Source: Lama glama (Eukaryota). Taken from it: 64,000 bases of DNA. Location of the stretch: NCBI GenBank assembly GCA_028534125.1, contig CM052818.1:16556001-16620000 (forward strand). Reading direction: 5' to 3'. Shown here piece after piece: positions 40,001 through 52,159 of this stretch. Both the position numbers and the translations under genes were made by a program. Each line of letters begins with the position of its first letter. Position 1 is the stretch's first letter. The notes under the pieces are model-generated. The model did no database searches. It was not told the origin of the DNA and saw only the letters and a list, made by a program, of their open reading frames with translations.

Positions 40001-40828
40001 TTTACAGCCGCATTTGGAACACTGGACCCATTAAATTAAACAAACTCAATCTGCTCAACCCTATCCATTCCCATGACTCATACTGACATGTGCCTCTGGT
40101 CTAAGATTCAATCTCCTGGCTCCTTTAACCTTGTTTTTCATAATTACCACCTTAGGCCCAAACTTCAAAATATTTCATTCTGTAGTAAAGAATATAGTAT
40201 TTATATATTTATGTTTATGCTTATGTTTATGTTTATACACACACACATACACATATTTTGAATCCAATGGAACGAAGTTACTAATCCTCATATTAGTTCT
40301 TACTTGCGATGTGACCATGGTTAAATAACTTAAACTATATTGACTTAAGCTTTTTTTTTCCCCCAAATTCCAAAGATATACTCCCTGTTTTATAAAATGT
40401 ATTCGATAAACTATACTGTATTATTCATAGTATTGATCAGCTCTAACTGTAAGTAAATTCACCCATGCTTTGTTCTCTCATAACACATATCTCTGACAAA
40501 CCTACCCTTGTTCTATCAAGAAGAAATTCCACCATATACTCATTTCTCTTCTACTTTCTTTCTTGATCTGAAGCCTAGAACATCTTGGTAACACTACTTA
40601 CCTAAAACTACTATCTAGCGTCTCACTTTCTTCTATACCATGGTCACATTTTGTACTGTGCATCCTGTTAACAGAATGAGAAGGAAAGTTTAGAACACTC
40701 TTGTTCCCTTCTGAAGGAGGGAATTAACAATTCTTAAACATCTTTCTTTATCAGAAATTAGCAAACTTTCTCCTTATTATTTCCTGTACTTTCTAGGTAT
40801 TATCATCAAAAAATACAGTTAACATTAT

Positions 40829-41242
40829 TGTAAGACATTTACATTAACCTTTAGGACCAAGGCACTCATTTCTCCAACTTGCCCATAATGTTAGCAGCTA
40901 GTGGCTCATGGCTGAGTCCCTCCAGAAACAGCCCACATTTGAAAAAAGCTACCTCAATAGAGGTTACACTCCTCTCAAAATTTCGGCATGCAATAATGGG
41001 TTGTGGTACATGTTGTGTGACCTGGTCCCTTGACTTTATTCAGAAAGACTTTCAGGGGCCTTCCCAACACCAATATTCTCCATGGGATCAGTTGAGGACA
41101 CTTTTACATCTGCATCTTGGTTCAGCTACTCCTTCTACCCCGTTCTGCAGCCTGCATCCCTGAGAGATGTTATTACTGAGATCATACCCCAATAAACCTT
41201 CTGCACACAAATATGAGATTCTGTTTTCCAGAGTCATGATAT
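40829..41242 (+). mobile_element. ERVL 5' LTR (LTR16-like)
   Basis: TG start; aggaccaaggcactcatt, cagctagtggctcatggctgagtccct, cccaataaaccttctgcacacaaat; followed by tggcaccagaagtgatcc, an internal-start-like sequence. Confidence 0.7.
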
Positions 41243-44100
41243 GTGGCACCAGAAGTGATCCTAGTAACCCTAACCTCCGCTCCCCATGTCTCTACCCCCT
41301 ACTTAAGATCTAATGTCACTCCTCCTTCTGGCCACCGGACTAATAACTAAGGTCAGGTCACAATCATCAGGCCAGGGAACTACTGAGCCTTTGAGGGGAA
41401 AGGTTGTTTATGTGCTGAAGGATTCCAGGACCCAGCTCTCGTGTACTAGCAGGAGCCAGTAGAGTGCCTATGGGACTGGATCCTCAGTATGCTGGGTAAA
41501 AGTGAAGGAATAGAAATTTAAACATGGAAGGTTGTGTCAATACAGGAGCACTCTCCTTAAATACAGCATTTAACATCCTGGAAAGGACCCTGACAGATAG
41601 TATTAATAAATACACTGCTATGTGGATTCTTCCACATTTGGAAAAGTCAATGACTCATGTTAAATGAGATAGAAATGCCAGAAAAACTGTTACAAACAAT
41701 GGAGAGGGAATCAAAATCTCAAAGACTGGGAATAAATGAATATACTATGCAATGGCCAAAAATCTCACTGGCAACTGTTTTGAGATAGGGTCATGATGGT
41801 GCTGCATTTACTAAAGCAATAAGAAATACTCTGATAAGAGAAAGACTGGCAATTCTAAAAGCTCAGTGTTGACTGTCTCTATAAGCAAAGGATAAAGCAG
41901 GCGATGTGGCTATAGACCTAGCTTCCAATAATGGGAATGCTAGGATTTCAAAATAATAGAAGTTACTTGGTAGTGCTTAATGATTGGAAGCAAGATAGGT
42001 GCAATTATTGTTTTGAGCAGCAGGTCAGGGTAGAAGGCAGAGGGCCTCACTTGCAGAGGGCTATAGAAATATTTAATAGAATACTGCACTCCTAGGGGCA
42101 AGATAGATAGGCTGTCAACAAGGGTATTGATCCATCTATATATCCTGAATAAATCAATGACTGATAATCAGGAAGCTGAAGGCAGCTGCTCCAATAAAGT
42201 TATGATCTCCTGCCAGTTTCCAGACATGTGCCAGCTCCCAGAATTCACTGACCAATGGAGAGAAAGGACCTGTGTAACCATGGCAGGGATATATAACAGT
42301 TATGCTACAGTGTTATTATATAGACCTTTACTTAGAGACCCATACACTAAAGGGGCACTCAGACATTTTGAGGACCATTGAACACGGGTTCTGAGCTGAC
42401 ATTAATACCTGGAAATAGAGGATATCATCATAGAAACCTTGTTAGAATGGAGGTATATGGAGACCAAGTAATAAGTAGAATCTAGCCTGAGATCCAACTC
42501 ATACTGGGTTCACTAGGTCTAGTGGTCATTTTCAAGGTATGTGCATGTATATTAGAATGGATATCTTTGGTGGTTGGCTGAACCTTAACATTGGCTCCTT
42601 GGCCTGAAGGGCAAGCTGGGCAAGACCAAGTAAAGGCCCTTAAAACTGCCCTCCACTTCTGAACAAGATTTTAAGTCAAAAACAATGTCATATCCCAGGA
42701 GAAGGGTGTAGAAGTAGTATTGCCATAATATGTCAATTTAATTCACCAATCAGTCCTCTACAAGAATAAATCGGATGATAGAGAATGACATTAGTCTACT
42801 CTGTAATAGGCACAAGCAAATGATAGGCTCAATTGCACCTGTGATGCCAGATTTCTTTGCTAGGCCATATAAACAAAATCTTAGGTGTGTGATATATTGC
42901 CATTGATCTGGTAAATGTAGTCTTTTCCATATCTATCAAAATGAGGACCATAGGTAGTTCACATGTATATGAAAAAGGCAAGAAATATATTTCTGATCTT
43001 TTTCTTAGGCTCCTGCATTCTCTCAAAATGTAGTTCAAAAGGTCTGGAAGTACCTAGATATTTTGCAGAATGGTGTATTGTTCCACTATATTGAAGATAC
43101 TATGTTAACCAAGCCAGATGATCAAAAAGTGGCAAGTGCATTGGAAGCTTTGATAAGAAACCTGAGCTCCAGAGAGTGGTCTGTCGTATCAGTGAAATTA
43201 TTAGGATTTCGGTAGTTTAGGATTTCCTAGGATATCTACTCTCACAGTACATTACAAATTATTGCATCTCACAGTTACCATCAGTGAAAAGAAAGCTCAT
43301 CACCTATTAGACCTTTTCAGGTAAATTGAGGCAGCATATTTCACACTTTTTGAGGATATTCGCCCAACCCATTTACTAAAAGCTAAGGAAGGCTGCCAGT
43401 TTAGGGGCCCAAAGAAGGAAAGGGCCTGGCAGTAAGTTCTTGCTATGATTAAGACAGACCTATCACTTGGGTATACATTGTGGCAGTTCTCTGGTATTGT
43501 TTTAGAGGTATCTGTGCTATTAATAATGAGACCCAAAAAAGTAGAGTCATAAGTTAGAATTCCAGGATTCTGTAGCAAAGAAATTTCATCCACCTGGGCC
43601 CAGGGAGAAACAGAGCACCTGGTCATGGAGTATCAAATGGTCATCCAATCAGAGTTACTCAGTTTGATCTAAGTCATAAATATGGTCAGGCTCAGAAGCA
43701 GTCCATTGTAAGATGGAAGTGGAATATCAAGGATGAGGCATGAGCAGAATCAGAAATAAGCTGCACAAGAAAATAGCCCAAATCCCCATGGTATCCGCTA
43801 TTGCTCTGGTGCCTCCCCATCAGTACACACCCTGCAGTCACAAGCTAACAGAGAAAGGGAAACTCCACACTTGATTCATGGATGAGTCAGCATGATAGGT
43901 ATATGTAAGCCTACCATGTACTGCTGCTACCCTCTGGTCCCAATCAGTGGTTGCCTTGCAGAAATTGAGGTGGTACACTTGGTCCTCCAATTTCAGTGGA
44001 AGTAAAAGTAGACATATGGGCAGTGGCAAATGACCTGGCAGGTTAGTGAGAGGCCTACAAAGAGGGGAATTGAAAGACTGAGGATAAGGAGATCTACTTC
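41243..44100 (+). pseudogene. Decayed ERVL internal region, gag-pro-pol (ERV3-16A3-like)
   Basis: Collinear motifs: gag WDWILSML (41471-41494), protease LNTGSELTLIPG (42378-42413), RT IDLVNVVFSI (42902-42931) and HYIEDTML (43084-43107), RNase H *FMDESA (43872-43892); many stops and frameshifts. Confidence 0.85.
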
Positions 44101-44871
44101 AGTGACTCTCAGGAAGTCAGTATTCAGGAAGCAATGGAGAAAACCTGAAATCAGAAATATGTGAAATCTACAGATAGTCAGTAAAAAGACCAATCTGAGA
44201 ATTCCCTCTCATGACTAAGATATAAAAAAATGGTCAAAACATATATATTTAAGGGAAGGTTAGTGTAGATCCTTCAGGCAATCCTAGGAAAGTTTTACAA
44301 TGATGAGCATCTTAGTTGGGAAGCCAGAATGGTTATGACAATAAAACAATATGTCTATGAATGAATAGTTTTAAGACTCTAAAGAAAGCTACAAAGAAGA
44401 AGAGATAAACTACTAATAGGAGGGGAAGAGGAAGGCAGGAAACTAATAAATCAAGTATAGACCTGGATTAAATGTTGGATTGATGGTAGACTATTTTTGT
44501 CATAGATACGTTCTTTTCAGAAAGATGAGAACTGACAGTCTTAAATAATAGATGCTTTGAGCAAGAACAAATATCTAGGACTTTGTCTCTTATTACAGGA
44601 TACTTTGAGAAAGAATTTAAATAACTGTGGTAGGAAAACTGAAACCCAAGAGCAAAGGGTCTTAAATATACATATGGTAGAAGATAAACTGAAGTAACCT
44701 AGAGATGTGTAATTTTCAAATCTCAATTTGGAATGCTTAAAGGATATTTGGCAACAACAGATGAAAATTGGAAAATAGAAATTTTTGCTTATGTGAGAAG
44801 AGTTAGTAATTAGATTCTCATTTTGTTGAAAATTGTAAAATTTTGCATTTAATGGAAAAGCTATACTCATC

Positions 44872-45281
44872 TGTTACTGGTTGAATTGTGTATCCCCAAA
44901 ATTCCATATGTTGAAGCCCCAACCCCTAGTACCTCAGAATGTGACTGAATTTGGAGAGAGGGCCTTTAAAGAAGTAATTAGAGTTAAATGAAATCACATA
45001 GGTGGGCCCTAATCCAGTCTGACTTGCGTCCTTATAAGAAGAGGAAATTTGGACATACAAAGACACCAGAGAGTCACACGCACAGGGGAAAGACTATGTG
45101 ATGACACACCAAGAGGGTGGCCATCTTCAAACCAAGAAGAAAAGGCTCAAAAGAAACCAAACATGCCAACATCTTGTTCTTGGACTTCTAGCTTGTAGAA
45201 CTATGACAAAATATATTTCTCTTATTTAAGGCAGCTAGTCTGTGGTATCATGTTATGACAGACCTAGAAAAACTAACATGC
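44872..45281 (+). mobile_element. MaLR solo LTR (MLT1A-like)
   Basis: tgttactggttgaattgtgtatccccaaaattc...cctcagaatgtgactg...ggtgggccctaatccagtctgact...tggacttctagc...aaactaaca. Confidence 0.9.
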
Positions 45282-46196
45282 TATACCAATGATAAACAGT
45301 TTCTTCTACAGCTGCTGAAGGTGACTATACCAGTAATCTGAGTAAGATTCTTCTAACTGAGCTGAATTGTCAATCCACCCTAAGAAACTGAGGATGGATT
45401 GATAGACATTTGCAACTCAATTTCTTAGAACTTCAGTATTTGTGAGGAAAGGAAACATGGAACATTCTTCATTATATTAGATACGTAGCTATGTGGTGCT
45501 CATTTGATTGTATCTAGTGAGCTATGTTGAATAACATGGGTAGGTTTAACTTAAGATAGGGACTTGAATGGCAGCTTTAAAAATTCTCCATTGCAGTTCA
45601 ATAACATGATTAAGTCCATTTCAGAGACTTCTGTTAAAAGCTGAACTGTCAATATATCTGGGCTCAAGAGGACACAAGAGAACCAATTACTACAATGAAA
45701 AGAACAACCTTTAAGCATGGAAAGACTCCCCCAGTGTGGTCTCATTCCTTACCCAAAGGAAGGCATCACAGCCTTGAATAATTAGAGACTTGGTACCTTA
45801 GAACATTAGGTTAAGAATTTAATTTTTTTTAATTGAAGAATATCCAGAAAATAACACTCTAACTGCAACAGTAATCTATTTTTGTTTACCTCCTTTCCAA
45901 CACCTACACTCCAAGAGAAAAAAATAATCCTTAATGACAGTCCTAGGCTCTGCCTTGGGCCATGTTCACTTACAGTGGGCTTATTCTCATATAGTTGGCC
46001 TTTATTATAGACTTTCTGCATCCTGACTTCTATAGTAAATAGTATAAGAAGGGTCATTGCCTAAGAAGAGGTTAACTGTCTCTTCTCTCAAGTTCTTACC
46101 ATCTTTTTCTCTTTTCATTCTTGCAGTTCTCTTTATATATCTTACATAGCTTGCTCTTTGTCTTGCTGTATCTAACTAGCTAGCTAGCTATCCATC

Positions 46197-46338
46197 TTTA
46201 TTGATGTATAGTTGGTTTACAATGTTGTGTTAATTTCTGGTGTAGCATAGTGATTCAGTTTTTTATATATATATATATATATATAAAATTCCTTTTCATA
46301 TTCTTTTTCATTATAGGCTATTACAAGGTATTAAATAT
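46197..46338 (-). mobile_element. L1 3' end, lineage-specific, containing (TA)n
   Basis: tttattgatgtatagttggtttacaatgttgtgttaatttctggtgta...ttcatattctttttcattataggctattacaag; same family type as 1150-1317, opposite strand. Confidence 0.8.
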
Positions 46339-46689
46339 TTTAACATCTGTATCAAACATAACATTTATATCATCTTATACTATTTAAATTACATACATTG
46401 CATAACATATAATATTATGTTATATTGTATTATAGACATCTGGAATAATTGTCCCCAAAAGGGTAATAATTCTTTGCCTTTAGTTGGTGGAAACATTTGT
46501 TCTTAATTACATTTTTTTGTATCATTATATTTTGTACAGTAAACATAAATTATCTAAAGTAAAAAAGAAAAGGAAACAAATACATAATATATTTATACAT
46601 TATACAAATTTATACGTGTATAAATTATAATAAATATCTACTGTAAAATGACTTTCCAGTCCCTTTTTTGCGTATGCTGTCAGAAGAAT

Positions 46690-47110
46690 TGTTTCTAGTT
46701 CCAGATCTTCCAATTGGCCCTATAACCTTAGTAAATCACTAAATCTCTTACTTTGCTCATATGCAAAGTACATATAATGTTACTTAGCTTTCCTCCTTCA
46801 AATAGTTGTCATAAGGATTTAATGAGTTAGTGGACATCAAAGAGCTTGAGAAAGTTTTAAAGCAAGCTACAATTTTGCAGGAGTGTTATTATTGTTTGTT
46901 TTCTTTGTATTGAAACATATTTTAAATGTATACTGTGGTTTTAAAAACTTGAGTATCTTGAACAACAGAATATAGGTTTCGGTCTTTGCTTCCTAATCCA
47001 GATAATGGGATGATAATATTGACCTTAGAAGTTACTATGGAAGTATGTTGATATAATGTACATAAATCATCTTGTACCATAAATTCCGACACAGAATAGA
47101 GCCCCTATAG
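46690..47110 (+). mobile_element. Two MIR fragments (~46690-46890 and ~46975-47110)
   Basis: taaccttagtaaatcactaaatctct...ttgtcataaggatttaatgagttag; ataatgggatgataatattgacctta...gatataatgtacataaa. Confidence 0.55.
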
Positions 47111-48408
47111 GTACGTGTATGTGTGTGTGTGTCTGTGTGTGTGTGCATTTTAAATTAAAAAGTCCCAGTGGAAAGTAAGCTTCCCTTTAGAATTCACTTC
47201 TAATATAAACTCACATTTTTGCTTAAAGGAACGATAACAGAAACAATAAATGGGCAATCTGGTTCCCCATGGGAAAGGAGATCCACATTTAAGAGCTTTC
47301 ATCACAGCCTCTAATACACTATCGAGTTTGTCAGAGGGGATATATTTATTAGCATAATAAAAGAGTACCAGGAAATTGCATAATAGTAACTAATTGTCTT
47401 CCCTTCCTTCCTTCTTGGAAATACAAATGTCACTGAAGTTCAAGAATACACGTGAGGCCTTTTCATCCTGTTGTTTTTAAGTTTGTTTATTTTTCACTGC
47501 TCTTTAATTGTTAGTCTGCATGGAAAGTGTCTTCTGAGGAGGAGTAAACTCAAAGTGGTTGGGTGGGCTAATTTTCTAGTGTTCCCTGGACCCTGGAGTG
47601 ACCATTTAATCTGCTGAGTATTCTCCATCCATTGTTCACATCTTTAGTTTTTGAATCAAAAGTCTTCAAAACTGGAAAAACAGATTATGGAATTCTATGG
47701 AAAGAATCTAGTAGTTATTTACTGTAGAAACACTAAATGGCACTCTTCATTATAGTCATACTTATAAGAGAACGTTTACTATGCATATGTGTTCTATTTG
47801 CCTAATAGAAAATGCTTCATTATTTTTTTTCTTTTTCCAGTCCTTCCTGTCCCTTAACTGATAATTGCATTGCTAAGAGAGCATAGGACTGTATAAAGCT
47901 ATGAACTAGAGTTCCCAAACAATATCTAATTCTCTGATCATTTCTGACACCCTTTCATTTCATTCAAATCTCCCTTTCCTGTGTCCCATTTCCCAAGGAT
48001 CAGCTCTCTGTGACCTGCATGTCAGACAGTCTGATAAACTAAACTGATAGTGAACTAATGACTGCTAATGGATGATGTTACTCTTTCTAGGGAATTTATG
48101 TTTAATTTAACCTGGTTATTTGAAAACAAAATTTTAGTCTAAAAGAGTCATTATAATGGTAATTTCAAGTGCCCCCAGCAGAACTGTAATGGATTGTGAT
48201 TGAGGAATTAATGAATAAGAGACCTCAGAATAGGAAGGCTTCTTCTCTCCTCTCTTTACATATGACTATGGCATTCTAATGGATATGAGCTGAATTTTTC
48301 TCTCCAGGAGCCTGTGACCTAGGGCAGTTACTAATGAAAGGCAGTCTGGAGAATTGGAGAAACTATCAACTGCATGGGCAACAGATCAAACAGATAAAAA
48401 CATTATAG

Positions 48409-48901
48409 TGTCAACTAAAATAAATGTGCAGCCTTAAAGTTGAGAGTCATATTTTATTTGACTGGAGGACCCAAGCCTGGATGACCTGAGCCGAGATAAC
48501 AACCTCTCAGATCACTCTGAGGGACTGCTCCAAAGAGATAGGGGAGGAGCTAGAATATATAGGAGCTTTGCAACAAAGACCAGGTAGTTGGAACAGTAAA
48601 AGATTACTTGTTATCTAAAGAAAACCAGGCATCTCAAGTTAAAGAATTTAGTGCTTTTCTATGCATGGGAGGAAGCAAGCATTTGGGGTCACTGCATTCA
48701 TTCTTTGACAAGCATCTAGCTATCTAGTGCCAGTATCTTGTACTTTCTTATTCTAAGTCTGCTCAGAGTGCACCATTGTGAGTGGCTACTGAGGCTGAGC
48801 TGCAGGCTTGTCTTCACTGGGGAGTGATGGCAGCCGCTGATGACTTGATTATTTCAGCATTCTTTGTTTACTGATATGGTTTGCAGTAATTTTCATTCAC
48901 A
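48409..48901 (-). mobile_element. Complete ERV1-class solo LTR (MER41-like)
   Basis: TG...CA termini with perfect 4-bp TSD ATAG (48405-48408 / 48902-48905); minus-strand AATAAA near 48455; tcagatcactctgagggactgctccaaagag and catctcaagttaaagaatttagtgcttttctatg match recalled MER41-type LTRs. Confidence 0.85.
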
Positions 48902-50079
48902 ATAGGTTATCAAAATGGTTAGTGTCCAGATTAGAAAATGTTGAGTAAAGCATGATATCCACAGAGTATGGATAAGGAAGGGTCAAGTTCCCAGGACTCC
49001 TTGTTGATAAAAGGAGAGAATTCAGATGCATTAATGAAAAGGAGGCATTTAAATTGGGATGGTGTGAACATTTCCAGACACATGGGGTAGCCTGGGTAGA
49101 GTCCCAAAGAGGATGGAGCAGAGATAATTTTAATATGTGAGTATGGACTAAATTGACAAGAAGGAGAGTAACAGGAAAAAAAAGAAAAGATAGAGCATTT
49201 GGAATAACTACCTTAATGGTTGCCTCAATTTCCTGCTTCTCTTCTTCCCTCAACCAGTGGTATCTGGAAAGATATTAGTCCAAGTATTTACCATAATGTA
49301 AAAATTTCCATCAAGGATAAGTGGGTGCCCTTCCAAAATAAGTTTGCATGTTTGCAAGGGAAGGCTTTAATCTCATTTTCTTCTTATTAAATTCCAGATA
49401 TTTGTGTTTACATCAGAATGAACATGTCCACACTAAGAATGTCCTACGTACCCTGCCATGCTTCTGACTATCTCTGGGAGCAAAACGAGTTCCCTCTAAG
49501 TTAAGTTAATTTTCATAATGAAAAGAACTTCTAGAACTTATACATGAAGACTGATTGGAATTCCCATGCTGTGTAGTGCAAAAGGACTCGTCAAAAGACA
49601 TCTAATAAAAAATAAAATTAAAAAATCAGTGACATCCCCTGGGAGGTTTTTCCTTCCTGGCTGTGAATAGATTACGTTAAAAGGGCTGAAGGAGCCATGT
49701 GCATAGATTGGCACACTGACATTCTCAGCGTAGTCAAGAGATTGAAAGGCAAGTCCTTAGAACTATTCTGAGGTTTAGAGACTTAGGCAGATTTTTCAGA
49801 ATTTATGTATTTAGGTCCTAATTTCTATTTCACCTTTTACCCAATAGGAAGAATTTTATGTCTTCTTTTCTGGATCCCTAATTGGCACCTTTCCAAGTTT
49901 GTATCTATCTACACTTCCTGAGAATTGTAGAACTTCTTTGATTTGATTTTTTAAAAATACCCAGAAACCTCATTATAGCACAGATCCTGTATTCAACTCA
50001 AGGCTTTGAAGCCTTTACTGTTTCCTTTAACTCCCTCCTATGGATTAAAAAATAAAAATAAAAAATAAGTTATTTCCCT

Positions 50080-50380
50080 TATTACTTGTTATCTAAAGAA
50101 AAGCAGGCATCTCAAGTTAAAGAATTTAGTGCCTTTCTATGTATGGGAGGAAGCAAACATGTGGGCTCATTGAATTCATTCCTTTGACAAGCATCTAGCT
50201 ATCTAAGGCCAGTATCTTGTCCTTTATTATTCTAAGTCTGCTCAGAGTGCCCCATTGTGAGTGGCTGCAGAGGCTGGGCTGCAGGCTTGTTTTCCCTGGG
50301 GGGTGGCTGCAGCCACTGATGACTTGATGATTTCAACATTCTTTGTTTACTGATACAGTTTGCAGTATTTTTTGTTCACA
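50080..50380 (-). mobile_element. Truncated second copy of the same MER41-like LTR
   Basis: Aligns directly with 48603-48901 (attacttgttatctaaagaaaa...ttcaca). Confidence 0.9.
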
Positions 50381-50506
50381 CTTGTATTCTCCAAGAAAGT
50401 GGAGATTGAGACAAGGGCTTGAGTTTATCTGGGAAGAAGAGGGGAAAACCAATACAAGAGGGCATTTTCAGATCAGTCACCTTGAGGAGCAATCCTGCTG
50501 GGACCT
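50381..50506. repeat. Left arm of an inverted duplication (partner 52023-52159)
   Basis: Reverse complement aligns to 52023-52159 with 14 mismatches in 126 bp plus one 11-bp indel (manual count). Confidence 0.95.
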
Positions 50507-51303
50507 TTGGCCCTCTGGTGGGTAGGGCCGTGACTTGGGGGTGTGTTTAGAGGCTGCCCTGGGCTCTAGAAGTCTGATAATGGGTGGGGCTGTGTTCTCA
50601 CCCAGTATGTTGTTTCGCCTAAGGCTTCCCAGCACTTAAGCCTACAGTCTGTTGGGTGGGGCTAGGTCCTGGTGCTGATGACCCAAGCAAGATTTCAGCC
50701 TCCAGGAAAGTTCATGTAGATGAACACTCCCTGAATGTCCATCACCAGCTTTTATGTCCCCAGGGTGAGCCACAGCCACCTACTACTTCCCCTGGAAACC
50801 TTCCAAAAGCAGTAGTCAGGTCTGGCCCAGGTTCCTATGAAATCACTGCCTCTGCCCCTGGACCCACACCAGATTTGTGTGTGCTTCCCAAGAGAGTGAA
50901 GTCTCTGTTTCCTCTAGTCCCATGGGGCTCCTGGAGTTAAGCCCGCCTGGCCTTCCAAACCGAGACTCCTCCTCCCAATGCCAGAACCCCAGGCTGGGGA
51001 GCCTGATACAGGGCTCAGAACTCTCACTCCTGTGGGAAGGCTTCTGCATCGTAATTATTCTTCAGCTTGTGGGTTGCCCACCCCGGGGGTATGAGGCCTG
51101 ATTATATCGTGAGCACACCCCTCCTACCATACTGCTGTGGTTCCCTCTTTATGTTTCCAGTTGAAGAAGATCTTTTTTTTTTTGCTAGGTTCCAGGCTTT
51201 TTTCTTCAGATGACTATTTAGCAGTCAGTTCTGGTTTTATTGTAGTCATGAGGGGAGGTGAGCTCGTGGTCCTACTGCTCCGCCATCTTGACCAAAAATC
51301 TCC
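50507..51303 (-). mobile_element. L1 5'UTR, first ~800 bp, with YY1-type motif
   Basis: ccgccatcttg at 51280-51290 is CAAGATGGCGG on the minus strand, typical of L1 5' starts; GC-rich UTR sequence. Confidence 0.8.
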
Positions 51304-51769
51304 AGGATACATTTGACATACTTATTTTAGTGTCAACCTTTGATGGTAAAAAAAAAAAGTCAATATTTTATTTAAATTTTTAAATTTTTACACATTTCAT
51401 TATCTTACAATAGTAATGATTTTATGTTTGGTGTAGGGTTTTTATGAAAAACATCTAATGTCCAAGAATATTGCCCTTATTTCTTTTTTTGTTCCTTAAA
51501 GTTCATGGTAGGACATGTTTCTTCCTCTGGCTGTTTACACCAAAACCTAAGACTCTTCATTTAATGTTTTAATAAAGACTTATTAAGCTACAATAACACA
51601 CTATGTTAAGGCTTTAAAGGAGATTAAATTTCTTTAATGGTTTAATCAAGAATTTTAAAAGTACAATAATAGTATTTAATATTACTTTCAAATAGCATAT
51701 TGAGTTCCTTTTGTGTCCTGACTCATGTTATCTCAGCCTATCTTTTCTACCAGTCTTTTCTATGGCAGC

Positions 51770-52159
51770 TGCCTTCAGGTGGGTGAAACTGGGCAGCACC
51801 TTACTTTAGCAGCAGGCTCTGCCCTTCTGGGATACTTCACTACTCAGTGTGGGAACCTGAAATAATCCTGATCATTCACAACATGCACAGCCTAAAAGTG
51901 CTAAGAACATAAGCACCTGCTGGGTAAGCCTAGACAGATGGGAAGAAGCAACCAACTGTAAATGTTCTCATCTTCCAGTCCAGAGATGAACCCTTCTGAG
52001 GGAGAATCTATACAGCTCTCACAGGTTCCAGTAGGATTGAGGACACTTTGCTCTTCAGGGTGACCAATCTGAAAATGCCTTCTTGTATTGGTTTACCCCT
52101 CCTTTTCCCAGATAAACTCAACCTCTTGTCTCAATCTCCACTTTCTTGGAGAACACGAG
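51770..52159 (+). mobile_element. Old ERVL-type LTR remnant; its 3' 137 bp form the right arm of the inverted duplication
   Basis: cccagataaactcaacctcttgtctcaatctccactttcttggagaac resembles LTR16/LTR33-type 3' ends; family not resolved. Confidence 0.5.

Noticed and set aside
48409..50380. MER41-like LTRs as interferon-responsive (STAT1/GAS) enhancers
   Set aside because: A manual scan found no TTC-N3-GAA motif in either copy.
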